Positions 28,370 through 39,048 of a DNA stretch of 64,000 bases are shown in pieces (within the stretch, counting starts at the first letter, position 1; each line of letters opens with the position of its first letter). This DNA is from Candidatus Nealsonbacteria bacterium. GTDB lineage: Bacteria; Patescibacteriota; Minisyncoccia; Minisyncoccales; RBG-13-42-11. A program made the position numbers and the translations under genes. Below the pieces are notes generated by a model. That model ran no database searches. It was not told the DNA's origin and saw nothing but the letters and a program-made list of their open reading frames with translations. The stretch lies in contig JAPLXK010000003.1 of assembly GCA_026396095.1 (NCBI GenBank), forward strand, positions 12,727 through 76,726, in the 5' to 3' direction.

Positions 28370-29634
28370 TACTTAATATTTTTTTTGATTCCCTTTATCT
28401 CTGTGTAAAATTCCGTATTATCTTCTATGTTTTCAGGAACAACTGTCTTAGGGCCAATCAAGCAACTTGATCCGATTAATTTTCCTGGCATCAGGGAGCA
28501 GTTAATGCCTATCTTGGTATTTTCTCCGACTATTACCCCCAAAGACTTAAGCCCGGTATTTATTTTTTCTTCCTTAACGATTGAATTAATATTACCCCTG
28601 TCGATCCTAACGTTAGCCGTAATCGTGCCGGCTCCGATTCTGCACCCTTTGCTGAAAATAGAATCGCCGAAATAGCCGGAATGAACGTGGACGTCTTTTT
28701 GAAAAATCGACCTCGTTACTTCGGCATTGGCTCCGATTATGCAATTGTCCTCTAAATTAACGTATTCCCTGACCAAACTATTGTTACCGATTACGCAGTT
28801 GTCGCCGATATAAACCGGACCCTTGACTGTCGCTCCTTCGAGAATCTTAGTATTTTTTCCTATATAAACCGACCCTTTAAGCGTCGCTTTCTTGGATATT
28901 TTTGCGGTTTTATCAATTTTTGAATTCAAAAATTTATCCATCAACTGTTTCTCCGCCCCAAACAGCTCCCAAGGAAATTTAAGCGTCGGGACCTCTTTTT
29001 TGGTTATAATTATTCTTACTTCGCTTTTTTCTATTAAAAGTTTGATTGTCTCCTCAAAATCATAAATATGCTTTTTTACTCTTTTGTAATAATCAAAAAA
29101 ATCTTTGGATAAAAAATAAATTCCCTTTAGTCCTACATCGGACAACTCTTTCCCTTTTTTGGGCTGCTCAACAAGTCCCACAACTTTGTCTCTATTTTTT
29201 TTATCTAATCCGACGATTCCATATTTCCAGGTATCAAAAACTTTTTTGCCCAGCAAAACTATTTTTGCTTTTGTCTTCTTTTGTTTCTCCATCATTAATT
29301 TCACAAAATCATCTATGTCAAAATGGTACGCATTTATTACAAAAAAATTGTCTTTGATCAGATTCTTAACCTGCCAGATCGCATCGCCCATTCCCTTGGG
29401 CTCTGGCTGAACAACATATTTTATATCCGAACCAAAATCATAATTTTTTAACTCTTTTTCAATTTCTTTTTTAGGGCTTTGAATGATTATGATTTCTTTT
29501 ATTCCTGATTTTTTCAGACCCTTGATCGTATACCAAATCAAAGGGTTGCCCATTATCTTGAAAAGGGATTTGTGTTTCTTGTTTAGCGGCCAGAAGCGAG
29601 AAGACTGGCCAGCTGCTAAAACTATTACCTGCAT
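28369..29634 (-). CDS. GlmU-like sugar-1-phosphate nucleotidyltransferase with C-terminal hexapeptide-repeat (LbH) domain
   Basis: N-terminal [12 protein letters not shown] nucleotidyltransferase fold. C-terminal I/V-G-x-x hexapeptide repeats. Confidence 0.65.
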   Translation of the reverse strand: MQVIVLAAGQSSRFWPLNKKHKSLFKIMGNPLIWYTIKGLKKSGIKEIIIIQSPKKEIEKELKNYDFGSDIKYVVQPEPKGMGDAIWQVKNLIKDNFFVINAYHFDIDDFVKLMMEKQKKTKAKIVLLGKKVFDTWKYGIVGLDKKNRDKVVGLVEQPKKGKELSDVGLKGIYFLSKDFFDYYKRVKKHIYDFEETIKLLIEKSEVRIIITKKEVPTLKFPWELFGAEKQLMDKFLNSKIDKTAKISKKATLKGSVYIGKNTKILEGATVKGPVYIGDNCVIGNNSLVREYVNLEDNCIIGANAEVTRSIFQKDVHVHSGYFGDSIFSKGCRIGAGTITANVRIDRGNINSIVKEEKINTGLKSLGVIVGENTKIGINCSLMPGKLIGSSCLIGPKTVVPENIEDNTEFYTEIKGIKKNIK

Positions 29635-30638
29635 AATTTCAAAATAATTTTGGTTAGTTTGTTAGTATCATGAACTATTTTACCGGAAAAGGGTAAAAGA
29701 TCGGCTCCGATAAATTTTCCATACGAACTGCGATTTTCTCCTTTAAAATTAAAATCTACTAGCTCTATTAGTTCAGGATTTTCTTTTTTATATTTTTTCA
29801 AAGCTTCTTTAGAGGGCTTTTTATTGTTGTAAATCACGTAATCCAATTTTTGTCCTAAGAATTTTTCTATTTCTTCGCTGAAATCAGAAACGGAAAAACC
29901 ATGAGTTTCTCCATGTTTGGTCATCAGGTTGCAGATATAAACCTTTTTCGCCCTACTCTTTTTTACTGCCTCCGACATTCCCTTGGCCAATAAGATTTGG
30001 GCCAAAGAAGAATAAAGATCCCCCGGGCCGATTATTATGAGATCTGCTTGTTTTATTGCCCTCGCAGCTTTAGGGTATATTTTGGCTTCCGGTTTTAAAA
30101 AAACCTCTTTTATTCTTAATGTTTTATCGTGTTTGGGAATATCAATATTAGTCTCTCCGGAAATCAGTTCTCCGTTTTCTAAAACTGCGTAAAGGTCGGA
30201 ATTATCAAGAGTTGCGGGTAAAACTTCATGTTCTATATTCAAAAATCTGCTTATTTCTTTTATTGTTTTTTCATAATTATTGGTTGTAAGCTCCAGTGCC
30301 GCGATAAAAAGATTGGCAAAATTATGGCCCTTCAATTCTCCCGCTTCAAAACGGTAATTAAAAAGCTCCTCCATAGCCGGGGATGTATTGGCTAAAGCAA
30401 TAAGCGCCCTTCTGATGTCCCCCGGCGAAATAATGTTAAAATCCTTCCTTAATCTTCCCGCCGAGCCACCGGAATCAAGCATTGCGCAAATTGCCGATAT
30501 TTTTACCGGATATTTTTTTAATCCGGTCAAAACCGCCTTAGGCATTGCGTTTCCGCCCCCCAAACAAACTATTTTTTTCAGCCGGCCAGCGTTATTTTTA
30601 TTCTTTTTAGATATGGTTATTTTTTTCTTTTTTGACAT
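29625..30638 (-). CDS. yvcK: YvcK/CofD-like (UPF0052, gluconeogenesis factor family) protein
   Basis: [10 protein letters not shown]...[12 protein letters not shown] signature. Lys-rich N-terminal extension. Confidence 0.8.
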   Translation of the reverse strand: MSKKKKITISKKNKNNAGRLKKIVCLGGGNAMPKAVLTGLKKYPVKISAICAMLDSGGSAGRLRKDFNIISPGDIRRALIALANTSPAMEELFNYRFEAGELKGHNFANLFIAALELTTNNYEKTIKEISRFLNIEHEVLPATLDNSDLYAVLENGELISGETNIDIPKHDKTLRIKEVFLKPEAKIYPKAARAIKQADLIIIGPGDLYSSLAQILLAKGMSEAVKKSRAKKVYICNLMTKHGETHGFSVSDFSEEIEKFLGQKLDYVIYNNKKPSKEALKKYKKENPELIELVDFNFKGENRSSYGKFIGADLLPFSGKIVHDTNKLTKIILKLCR

Positions 30639-30673
30639 AAAGTATTTTTTATTGTAAGGTAAAAAATCAGTTT

Positions 30674-31933
30674 ATGCAAGATAAATTTTTAATCAAAGGA
30701 GGCGTTCCTCTGTCCGGAGAAGTAGAAATTTTCGGATATAAAAATTCGGCCGGTGTTTGCATCGCCGCAACCTTGCTTTCAGAAGAGCCTTCAATTATTG
30801 ATAATCTACCCTTAATATCTGATATTTTTGATGAAATTGAGATGCTAAAACAAATGGGGGCTAAGATCGAATGGCTGGGTGAAAGAAAAATTAAGATTAC
30901 TCCGACTAACATTGATCCAGAAAAAATTTCAATCCCTCTTTTTGAAAAAATGCGGCTTTCGATTTTTTTAGTCGGCCCGCTTTTGGCCCGTTTTAAAAAA
31001 ATAAGAATACCACACCCCGGCGGAGATAAGATTGGCTTGCGACCAATCCTAACCCACATCCAAGCCTTAAAATATTTCGGAGTTAAGGTTGAAGAAAAAG
31101 ACGGATTTTATTATTTTGAAACGCCTGATAATTTAGAGGGAAAAAGAGTTGTTCTTCAAGAATTTTCTGTAAGCGCCAGCGCAATATTAATAATGCTGGC
31201 CGCCTTAACAAAAGGTAAAACCAGGATCGAATTGGCGGCAGCTGAGCCCCAAATTCAAGATTTAGGATGCTTATTAAAAAGAATGGGGTTAAACATAGAG
31301 GGGATAGGAACTCATACGATTAAAATCGAGGGTAAAGAAAAATTAAACGGCGCTGAGTTTAAAATATCTCCCGACCTTTTGGAGGTCGGAACTTATTTGA
31401 TAGCTTTTGCAATGACGGGCGGAAGCGGGACGATAAAAAACGTAAACCCCAAACACTTGGCAGTATTTTTAGAAAAAATGAAGGAAATTGGCGTTAATTT
31501 TGAAGTTTTGGACAATGAAATTTTAGTCAAACAATCTTTAGTTTTTAAGCCTATAAAAATTCAAACCTTGCCCTACCCCGGGTTCCCGACCGACCTTCAG
31601 CCTCAAACCTCGGTTTTATTAACCCAAAGCCAAGGCAAAAGCATAGTTCACGAAACTTTGTATGAGAACCGGTTCCAATATCTCCAGGAATTAAGAAAAA
31701 TGTGCGCTGACATTGAAATTACCGACCCACATCGGGCTTTAATTTTTGGAAAAACCCAATTAATCGGTAATAAATTGAATTCTTTAGATATCCGTTCCGG
31801 CGCCGCTTTGATTATTGCAGGACTAGCTGCTAAAGGAACGAGTGAGGTTGATAATATCAGTCAGATTGAACGGGGTTATGAAAAAATTGAGGAAAAACTA
31901 AAAAAACTCGGCGCTCAAATAGAAAAAATTTAA
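30674..31933 (+). CDS. murA: UDP-N-acetylglucosamine 1-carboxyvinyltransferase
   Basis: EPT fold, 419 aa. KNSAG Cys/Asp-loop region and two-domain repeats. Confidence 0.9.
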   Translation: MQDKFLIKGGVPLSGEVEIFGYKNSAGVCIAATLLSEEPSIIDNLPLISDIFDEIEMLKQMGAKIEWLGERKIKITPTNIDPEKISIPLFEKMRLSIFLVGPLLARFKKIRIPHPGGDKIGLRPILTHIQALKYFGVKVEEKDGFYYFETPDNLEGKRVVLQEFSVSASAILIMLAALTKGKTRIELAAAEPQIQDLGCLLKRMGLNIEGIGTHTIKIEGKEKLNGAEFKISPDLLEVGTYLIAFAMTGGSGTIKNVNPKHLAVFLEKMKEIGVNFEVLDNEILVKQSLVFKPIKIQTLPYPGFPTDLQPQTSVLLTQSQGKSIVHETLYENRFQYLQELRKMCADIEITDPHRALIFGKTQLIGNKLNSLDIRSGAALIIAGLAAKGTSEVDNISQIERGYEKIEEKLKKLGAQIEKI

Positions 31934-31957
31934 TTGTTTTAAAAAATATTAATTACT

Positions 31958-31982
31958 AAAAACCGCCTGATCGGCGGTTTTT
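31958..31982. terminator. bidirectional Rho-independent terminator AAAACCGCCTGATCGGCGGTTTTT
   Basis: Perfect 7-bp stem, A-run 5' and T-run 3'. Between murA(+) and the minus-strand EamA gene. Confidence 0.6.
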
Positions 31983-32001
31983 AAATTGAATTAATTTTAA
32001 G

Positions 32002-32427
32002 CTATTTAAGAGTTATGAAAATGGCTCCGATAATCATAAAAATGGCGCCGACAACTGACTTCCATCCGAGATGTTCTCCAAGGAAAACAGAGGCTAAGAT
32101 TATGACAAAAACTAAACTGAGCCTATCGATGGCGACTACTTTCGTTGCTAAGCCGGTTTTTAGGGCGAAAAAATAAAATAGCCAAGAAAGAGCCCCTGCA
32201 ATACCGGCCAGAATAATCAATATCCAGTCTTTTGAGCTAAATGATTTTAACGAAAAATCTTGGAATTTTTTTAAAGAAAAACTGACTAAGGTCAAAAAAA
32301 TAGCCATAATAATCGAACGGACGGTGGTGGCCAGGGTAGAATCAATTCCCTTTAGTCCCATTTTTCCGAAAATCGCCACTAAGGCCGCCGTAATTGCCGA
32401 TAAGAAAGCAAAGATTATCCAAGTCAT
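32002..32427 (-). CDS. small EamA/DMT-type membrane transporter (4 TM)
   Basis: 141 aa, four hydrophobic helices, EamA-like. Confidence 0.5.
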   Translation of the reverse strand: MTWIIFAFLSAITAALVAIFGKMGLKGIDSTLATTVRSIIMAIFLTLVSFSLKKFQDFSLKSFSSKDWILIILAGIAGALSWLFYFFALKTGLATKVVAIDRLSLVFVIILASVFLGEHLGWKSVVGAIFMIIGAIFITLK

Positions 32428-32470
32428 AATTATTTTTTTATTCTACCTCTTAGCTTCGTCCAAGACAAAC

Positions 32471-32499
32471 AAAAAAACCGCCTGATTGGCGGTTTTTTT
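32471..32499. terminator. Rho-independent terminator AAAAAAACCGCCTGATTGGCGGTTTTTTT
   Basis: Same hairpin family as 31958 and 60091. Flanked by A7 and T7. Confidence 0.6.
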
Positions 32500-33100
32500 A
32501 TTCCTTTGCCAGTTCAAAGGTTTTAATGTTTAATTCAAGATGCTTCGGGGGAATTACTTTTTTAAGGGCTTTTAAAACAGACAATGCCTCTAAAGGGATT
32601 ATTTTTTTAAAAACAGCCCAGCTTAGCAGGTAAGTTCCGGCGACCACTTCAGTCCCGAGCTTCTCTCTGCATATTTCTTTAGCGGGAATCATAAATACAT
32701 TTTTGCTAATTTTTTTCAAACTATTTGAAATTTCATTCTTGGTCAAGGGTTTTTTTAAAGGAATCGGGATAATATTTTCATTGATCAGAAAAGTAGTTTT
32801 GGGATTGGCAAAATAAACTCCTTTCAGCGCCTCCTGGGCTTCAAGCCCCATTATCAAATCAGCTTTTCCCTGAGGTATTAAGGGAGAATAAACTTTTTTT
32901 CCGAAACGGATATAAACCTCGACCGAACCGCCCCTCTGAGACAGCCCGTGAAGCTCGGAAGTTTTGATGTCATAGCCCTCTATCATGGCCGCTTCGCTGA
33001 TTATTTGTAAAATAGTAATAAGTCCCTGTCCGCCCGTGCCGGTAACCATCATATTGAATTGTTTTACGTTTTTTGGCATATTTTTATTTTTTCGCAACAA
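32498..33100 (-). CDS. iorB: 2-oxoacid:ferredoxin oxidoreductase gamma-type subunit (IorB-like)
   Basis: VTGTGGQGLITILQII...HGLSQRGGSV POR/IOR gamma-domain motifs. Confidence 0.7.
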   Translation of the reverse strand: MLRKNKNMPKNVKQFNMMVTGTGGQGLITILQIISEAAMIEGYDIKTSELHGLSQRGGSVEVYIRFGKKVYSPLIPQGKADLIMGLEAQEALKGVYFANPKTTFLINENIIPIPLKKPLTKNEISNSLKKISKNVFMIPAKEICREKLGTEVVAGTYLLSWAVFKKIIPLEALSVLKALKKVIPPKHLELNIKTFELAKE

Positions 33101-34730
33101 ATTTACAGGGATGATTGGCGATAATTACCGAAACATCATCTTTGGATAGAAAATCTTTTATGGTTTCTATCATTTCTTCCTGATTGGTCGTAGGATCTAT
33201 GGTTTTTGCGTTTTTAACTCCGCAAGCCCTGACTATATTCTCTATCTTTATTCCCGTGTCCGATCCGACAGAAACAGGATGGGGCTGATGACCGGTCATG
33301 GCGGTGGTTTCATTGTTCAAAATAATGATCAAAGGATTTGATTTATTGAAAACAGTATTTATTAAGGCGGGAATGCCGGAATGAAAAAACGAAGAGTCTC
33401 CGATAAAAGCAATCAACTTCTGGCCTGTCGCTTTTTTGATTCCATGCCCTATCCCCATGGAAGATCCCATGCAGAACAAATAATCCTGCATATTAACCGG
33501 AGGATTGCCGAAAAGCATATAGCATCCTATTTCTCCGCCAAAAATAACTTCTTCCGGATTAACCGCTTTCTTTACGGCTGAAATAACCGACCAATAAGGG
33601 CAGCCGGGACAAAGCTGAGGCAAACGCTTGGGAATGGATATTTGAAGGGTATTTTTGGGCTGGCTATATTTTTCTCCGGACAATTTGGCAACAGCGGAAA
33701 AAACAAATTCCGGTCTCATTTCACCGATTTCAGTAATCATTTTCTTTCCTATCACCTCTAATTTACAATTTGATTCTTTGGCCAATCTCTCGACTTCTTG
33801 CTCTAAAAACGGTTCCAGCTCCTCTACTATCAAAACCTTTTTTAATCCTTTAATAAATTTTTTGATTTTTAATTCTGGTAAGGGATAGAAAAATCCCAGC
33901 TTTAAAACAGGAAAAGAAACATTGAATTCAGCCAGGGCCTCTTTGGTGTAAAGATATGATATCCCCGAAGTGATAATTCCTATTTTATACGGACCGGATG
34001 ATTTTTCAATTTTATTCAAAGAAGATTTTTCGGAAAAACTTTTAATCTTTACTATTTTTTCCAAAAGCTCTTTTTTCATTTCTAAAACCCTGGGCGGAAG
34101 AGTGATGAATTGCCTGGGATTTTTAACAAATCTGCCAACGATTTTTTCATTGCTTCTCTCCATCTTATCAAGAACAACCGGCATTTTTTGGTGGGCAACT
34201 CTGGTGGTGGTTCTTATGATAATAGGAATTTTAAATTGTTCTGAAATTTTAAATCCCAGTTTTACGAAATCCTTGCATTCCTGGGGGTCGGACGGTTCTA
34301 AAATGGGAATATGGGCCAAAAAAGCAATGGGACGGGTATTCTCTTCAGACTGGGCTGAACTATGGCAAGACGGATCGTCGGCAACAATAATTACAGTTGG
34401 TCCTTTGGTTCCGGCGTAAACAAAAGGCAGCAGTGAATCAATACAAACATTCAACCCGAAATTTTTCATTGCTATTAAAGTTTTAAGTCCAGAAAAAGAA
34501 GCGCCCATTCCCGCCTCCATGGCCACCTTCTCATTGGTGGAAAATTCAAAATAAAGACCCTTACCATTTCTCTCTCTGGTAAGGTCGAAAAAAATATTCC
34601 CTATTTCTGAGGCCGGCGTGCCGGGATAAGTGGAAACAAACTGAACGCCTGATTCCAGGGCGCCCCGACAGATCGCTTCGTTTCCCAATAATATTTTTCT
34701 CCCGGGATTTTTATCCAATAATTCCTGCAT
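33084..34730 (-). CDS. iorA: indolepyruvate/2-oxoacid:ferredoxin oxidoreductase alpha subunit (TPP-binding)
   Basis: LLGNEAICRGALESGV N-terminus and GDSSFFHSG thiamine-diphosphate (TPP) motif. The Cys cluster LCPGCPY is only a partial ferredoxin motif. Likely start is ATG at 34730 (MQELLDK), which removes an 80-nt overlap with glmS. Confidence 0.7.
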   Translation of the reverse strand: MQELLDKNPGRKILLGNEAICRGALESGVQFVSTYPGTPASEIGNIFFDLTRERNGKGLYFEFSTNEKVAMEAGMGASFSGLKTLIAMKNFGLNVCIDSLLPFVYAGTKGPTVIIVADDPSCHSSAQSEENTRPIAFLAHIPILEPSDPQECKDFVKLGFKISEQFKIPIIIRTTTRVAHQKMPVVLDKMERSNEKIVGRFVKNPRQFITLPPRVLEMKKELLEKIVKIKSFSEKSSLNKIEKSSGPYKIGIITSGISYLYTKEALAEFNVSFPVLKLGFFYPLPELKIKKFIKGLKKVLIVEELEPFLEQEVERLAKESNCKLEVIGKKMITEIGEMRPEFVFSAVAKLSGEKYSQPKNTLQISIPKRLPQLCPGCPYWSVISAVKKAVNPEEVIFGGEIGCYMLFGNPPVNMQDYLFCMGSSMGIGHGIKKATGQKLIAFIGDSSFFHSGIPALINTVFNKSNPLIIILNNETTAMTGHQPHPVSVGSDTGIKIENIVRACGVKNAKTIDPTTNQEEMIETIKDFLSKDDVSVIIANHPCKFVAKK

Positions 34731-34737
34731 AAGTATA

Positions 34738-36561
34738 TTATTCCACAGTGACAGATTTTGCCAAGTTCCTGGGCTTATCAACATCGCACCCCCTGGCCAC
34801 TCCCATGTGATAAGCAAAAAGCTGCAGCGGTATAACGCTCAGAATTGGAGTAAGCATTTCCAGTGTTTTGGGAATATAAATCACATCGTCAACTATTTTT
34901 TTTATCTCTTCATCTCCTTCGGTTGCTATGGCTATAACCTTTCCTCTCCGTGCTTTTATCTCTTCAATATTGGAAATCATTTTTTGATAAACGCTGTCTG
35001 AAGGAACAATTGCAAAAGTAGGAAATTTTTCATCAATTAGCGCGATGGGTCCGTGTTTCATTTCTCCGGCTCCGTAGCCTTCGGCATGAATATATGATAT
35101 TTCCTTTAATTTCAAAGCTCCTTCCAGGGCAATGGGAAAATTGTACTTGCGGCCGATGTATAAAAAGTTATTGTAATCCTTGTATTTTTTGGCAATCTCT
35201 TCTATTTTTTTATTGTTTTCTAAAACTTTCTTAACCATGCCCGGAAGAAGTGACAACTCCTTGGCGATTCTTTGCCCCATTACCAAGGAAAGCTGCCTTT
35301 GGCGGCCCAAAAATAAGGTTAAAAGGGCTAAAACCGTAAGCTGGGAAGTAAGGGCTTTGGTTGAGGCTACTCCGATCTCGGGGCCGGCATGATTATAAAC
35401 TCCGGCATCGGTCTCTCTGGCTACGGTTGAGCCGACGACATTAACAATCCCGAGCGTCATCAAATCTTTTTCCTTGGCTTCTCTTATGGCCCCCAGCGTA
35501 TCGGCGGTTTCGCCGGACTGGGAGATAGTCAATACTGCTGTTGTTTTATTTAAAACCGGTTTTCTATAGCGGAACTCTGAGCCAAAATCAACCTCTGTGG
35601 GAATGTTGGCATATTCCTCCAACATATATTCACCAGCAAGTCCCGCATAATAAGCAGTACCGCAGGCAACAATATTTATTCTTTCGATTTGAGAAAGCTT
35701 ATCTCTTACCGAATTTAATCCTCCAAGCTTTGCCCTTCCTTCTTCAAAAATCAGTCTTCCCCTTAAAGAGTTCTCTATGCTTTCCGGCTGTTCCATTATT
35801 TCTTTAAGCATAAAATGGGGATATCCTGATTTCTGCGCATCTTCAATCTCCCACTCTATTTCTTCCGGCTCTTTCTCTCTGCCCATTAAAAAATTTTCCG
35901 GCGTAATGGTAACAACCTCTCCGTCGTCAAGATAAATCACTTTTTTAGTATGTGCGATAACTGCCGAAGGGTCAGATGCCACTATATATTCATTTTCTCC
36001 CAAGCCGACAAGCAGAGGGCTTGAAGAACGAGCCGCAACGATTTTATTCGGATCCTCTTTGGAAATTACGACCAACCCGTAAGTTCCTTTAATGTAAGCC
36101 AGAGCCTTTTTTACCGCTTCTTCAAGGTTTCCCTGGAAAAACTTTTCTATAAGATGAGCTATCACTTCTGTGTCTGTTTCTGTGACGAACTTATGGCCTT
36201 CTTTTTCCAGCTGCGCTTTTAATGGTTTATAATTTTCGATAATTCCGTTATGTGCCAGCCAGATGTTTTTTTTGCAATCGCAATGAGGGTGGGCGTTTTT
36301 TTCCGTCACCTCTCCGGTTGTTGCCCAGCGGGTATGAAGGATGATGGGGTTGGCGGAGATGTAGTTATCGGTTATCTTCTTTTCCAGTTCAGCTATTCTC
36401 CCGACGGCTTTTTGAGAAACAATTTCTTTTTTATTCCTGTCCCAAGCGGCAAAACCGCTGGAGTCATATCCGCGGTATTCCAGTCTTTTCAACGCTTCAA
36501 TCCCCGTCCTGAGGGAATTGGGGTTGTCTTTTTTAGAAATATATCCGACTATTCCGCACAT
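34738..36561 (-). CDS. glmS: glutamine--fructose-6-phosphate aminotransferase
   Basis: MCGIVGY N-terminal nucleophile start (internal Met of the listed ORF), two SIS domains, C-terminal KSVTVE. Confidence 0.9.
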   Translation of the reverse strand: MCGIVGYISKKDNPNSLRTGIEALKRLEYRGYDSSGFAAWDRNKKEIVSQKAVGRIAELEKKITDNYISANPIILHTRWATTGEVTEKNAHPHCDCKKNIWLAHNGIIENYKPLKAQLEKEGHKFVTETDTEVIAHLIEKFFQGNLEEAVKKALAYIKGTYGLVVISKEDPNKIVAARSSSPLLVGLGENEYIVASDPSAVIAHTKKVIYLDDGEVVTITPENFLMGREKEPEEIEWEIEDAQKSGYPHFMLKEIMEQPESIENSLRGRLIFEEGRAKLGGLNSVRDKLSQIERINIVACGTAYYAGLAGEYMLEEYANIPTEVDFGSEFRYRKPVLNKTTAVLTISQSGETADTLGAIREAKEKDLMTLGIVNVVGSTVARETDAGVYNHAGPEIGVASTKALTSQLTVLALLTLFLGRQRQLSLVMGQRIAKELSLLPGMVKKVLENNKKIEEIAKKYKDYNNFLYIGRKYNFPIALEGALKLKEISYIHAEGYGAGEMKHGPIALIDEKFPTFAIVPSDSVYQKMISNIEEIKARRGKVIAIATEGDEEIKKIVDDVIYIPKTLEMLTPILSVIPLQLFAYHMGVARGCDVDKPRNLAKSVTVE

Positions 36562-36565
36562 AATA

Positions 36566-38962
36566 TTAGACAACAATATTTATCAATTTTCTTGGAATAA
36601 AAATAACTTTTTTAATCTCTTTATCTCTTAACCAAGTTTTAATCTTTTCCCTTGAAATTGCAAGCTCTTTGGCCTCTTGCTCTGAAATGTCGGCATCAGC
36701 CTCAATCCTATCCCTTACCTTTCCATTAATCTGGATGACTAAAAATATAGTTTCGTCTTTGGTCAAAGAAGGGTCGTATTTGGGCCATTTTTCTAGGGTT
36801 ATGCTTTTTTTATGACCCATTTTTTTCCAAAGTTCTTCGCTTATGTGGGGTGCGAAGGGTGAAAAAAGAATCAGCATTTTTTGAACAGAATCTCTTCCCA
36901 ATTCTTTCTTATTAACTATTGCCAGATTAATAAATTCCATAAAAGCGGCGATGATGGTGTTAAACTTCATCTCTTCTAAATCGCTATCTATCTTTTCATT
37001 AAGTTTATGGAGGGCTTTCGTTATCCGAGATCCTGTTTTTTCGTTTTCCAGGCTTTCTAAAGCCAATTTCCAAACTCTTTCCAAAAAGCGGTAAACCCCT
37101 TTTACTCCCTTGTCGCTCCAGGAAATGGACTGATCAAACGGACCCATAAACATTTCATATAGACGAAGGGTGTCTGCGCCGTATTCTTTTACAATATCAT
37201 CCGGATTAATTACGTTTCCAAAAGACTTTGACATTTTTCTTCCGTCCTCGGCCAAAACAATTCCATGGGAGGTTCTTTTTTGATAAGGCTCCAGCTGAGG
37301 AGCAACGCCTATGTCAAAAAGGAATTTATAAATAAATCGGGAGTACAAAAGATGAAGGGTGGTGTGTTCGTATCCTCCATTGTACCAGTCAACCTGCATC
37401 CAGTATTTTATTTTTTTAGAATCAGCTAATTCTTTATTGTTCTTTGGGTCAATATAGCGGATAAAATACCAGTTCGAGCCTGCCCAATTAGGCATGGTAT
37501 CTGTTTCCCTCTGAGCCATGCCGCCACATTTTGGACATTTAACATTAACCCAATCTTTTACGTTCTTTAAGGGGGATTCTCCCGTTCCGGTCGGCTGATA
37601 TTTTTCAATATAAGGAAGTTCAACCGGCAGATCTTTTTCTGGAACCGGCACGACTCCGCATTTTGGACAATGGATGATTGGTATCGGCTCTCCCCAATAA
37701 TGCTGACGGGAAAAAATCCAGTCCCGCAATTTATATTTTATTGTTTTCCTACCCAATCCTTTTTTCTCCAGCCATTGGGCAATTTCCTCTATTGCTTTTT
37801 CAGAACCTAATCCGTTAAACTCTCCTGAATTAATTAATGTTCCATAATCTGTAAAAGCGTCTTTATCAATGCTTCCCCCAGAAATTACTTGCTTTATTTC
37901 CAGTTCGTATTTTTTAGCAAATTCGTAGTCACGGTAATCATGAGCAGGCACTACCATGACCGCTCCTCCTCCATAAGCAGCTATGACGTAATCTCCTATC
38001 CAAACAGGTACCTTTTCATTATTGACAGGATTTAAACAGTGGGAGCCCGTAAAAACTCCTGTTTTTACTTTTTCCAGTTTTTCTCTTTCAAAATCGCTTT
38101 TCTTTTTTGATTCCTCAATGTATTTTTCCGCTTTTTCTTTATTCTCCTCGGTAATCAATTTTTTAACTAAAGGGTGATCGGGAGCTATCACAATCGCTTT
38201 TACTCCAAAAATAGTATCTGCCCGGGTGGTAAAAACTTTAATTATTTCATCTGAATCATTGATCTTAAAATCGATTTCCGTTCCAAGGCTTTTTCCTATC
38301 CAATTTATTTGAAGGGCTTTAATTTTGTCAGAGTAATCAACTCCGGCCAAATCTTCTATTAAACGGTCTGCGTATTCTGTAATCTTTAGCATCCACTGCT
38401 TTATTTCTTTTTTAGTGGTCTGTGTCCCGCACCTTTCGCACTTATTATCAATTACCTCCTCGTTGGCAAGCCCGATTTTGCATGAAGGGCACCAATTGAT
38501 AGGAAGCAACGATTGGTATGCCAATCCTTTTTCAAAAAGCTTAAGAAAAATCCACTGGGTCCATTTATAATATTTGGGGTCTGTAGTGTTGATTTCCCTT
38601 GACCAATCGAAAGAAAGACCTAAATTTTTAATTTGCCTTTTATAGTTAGCTATGTTTTTTTCCGTTGCCACTTTTGGGTGTATTCCTGTTTTTATGGCAT
38701 AATTCTCCGTCGGCAAACCGAATGCGTCCCAGCCGATCGGAAACAGAACATTAAACCCTTCCAGCCGATATTTTCGAGAAATTGCATCCATTGAATTATA
38801 TCCACGGACATGGCCGACGTGGAGACCGGCTCCGGAAGGATAAGGAAACTCAATTAGAATATATTTTTTGGGCTTTTTGGAAAAATCCTCAGCTTGATAG
38901 AGTTTGTTCTCCTCCCAATATTCCTGCCACTTTTTTTCTATTTCTTGAGGATTATAGTTCAT
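36566..38962 (-). CDS. leuS: leucyl-tRNA synthetase
   Basis: Class I HVGH (PYPSGAGLHVGHVRGY) and KMSKS (KMSKSFGN) motifs plus CP1 editing region. Confidence 0.9.
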   Translation of the reverse strand: MNYNPQEIEKKWQEYWEENKLYQAEDFSKKPKKYILIEFPYPSGAGLHVGHVRGYNSMDAISRKYRLEGFNVLFPIGWDAFGLPTENYAIKTGIHPKVATEKNIANYKRQIKNLGLSFDWSREINTTDPKYYKWTQWIFLKLFEKGLAYQSLLPINWCPSCKIGLANEEVIDNKCERCGTQTTKKEIKQWMLKITEYADRLIEDLAGVDYSDKIKALQINWIGKSLGTEIDFKINDSDEIIKVFTTRADTIFGVKAIVIAPDHPLVKKLITEENKEKAEKYIEESKKKSDFEREKLEKVKTGVFTGSHCLNPVNNEKVPVWIGDYVIAAYGGGAVMVVPAHDYRDYEFAKKYELEIKQVISGGSIDKDAFTDYGTLINSGEFNGLGSEKAIEEIAQWLEKKGLGRKTIKYKLRDWIFSRQHYWGEPIPIIHCPKCGVVPVPEKDLPVELPYIEKYQPTGTGESPLKNVKDWVNVKCPKCGGMAQRETDTMPNWAGSNWYFIRYIDPKNNKELADSKKIKYWMQVDWYNGGYEHTTLHLLYSRFIYKFLFDIGVAPQLEPYQKRTSHGIVLAEDGRKMSKSFGNVINPDDIVKEYGADTLRLYEMFMGPFDQSISWSDKGVKGVYRFLERVWKLALESLENEKTGSRITKALHKLNEKIDSDLEEMKFNTIIAAFMEFINLAIVNKKELGRDSVQKMLILFSPFAPHISEELWKKMGHKKSITLEKWPKYDPSLTKDETIFLVIQINGKVRDRIEADADISEQEAKELAISREKIKTWLRDKEIKKVIFIPRKLINIVV

Positions 38963-39000
38963 GTTTGATTTTTTATTCTATCTTTTTTGGTCTCTTCTGT

Positions 39001-39032
39001 CTATTAAAAAACAGCCGAAAAATAACGGCTGT
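39001..39032 (-). terminator. Rho-independent terminator of purC (ACAGCCG-aaaaataa-CGGCTGT)
   Basis: 7-bp stem. T-run on the minus strand. Confidence 0.5.
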
Positions 39033-39048
39033 TATGTGGGTTTTCTCT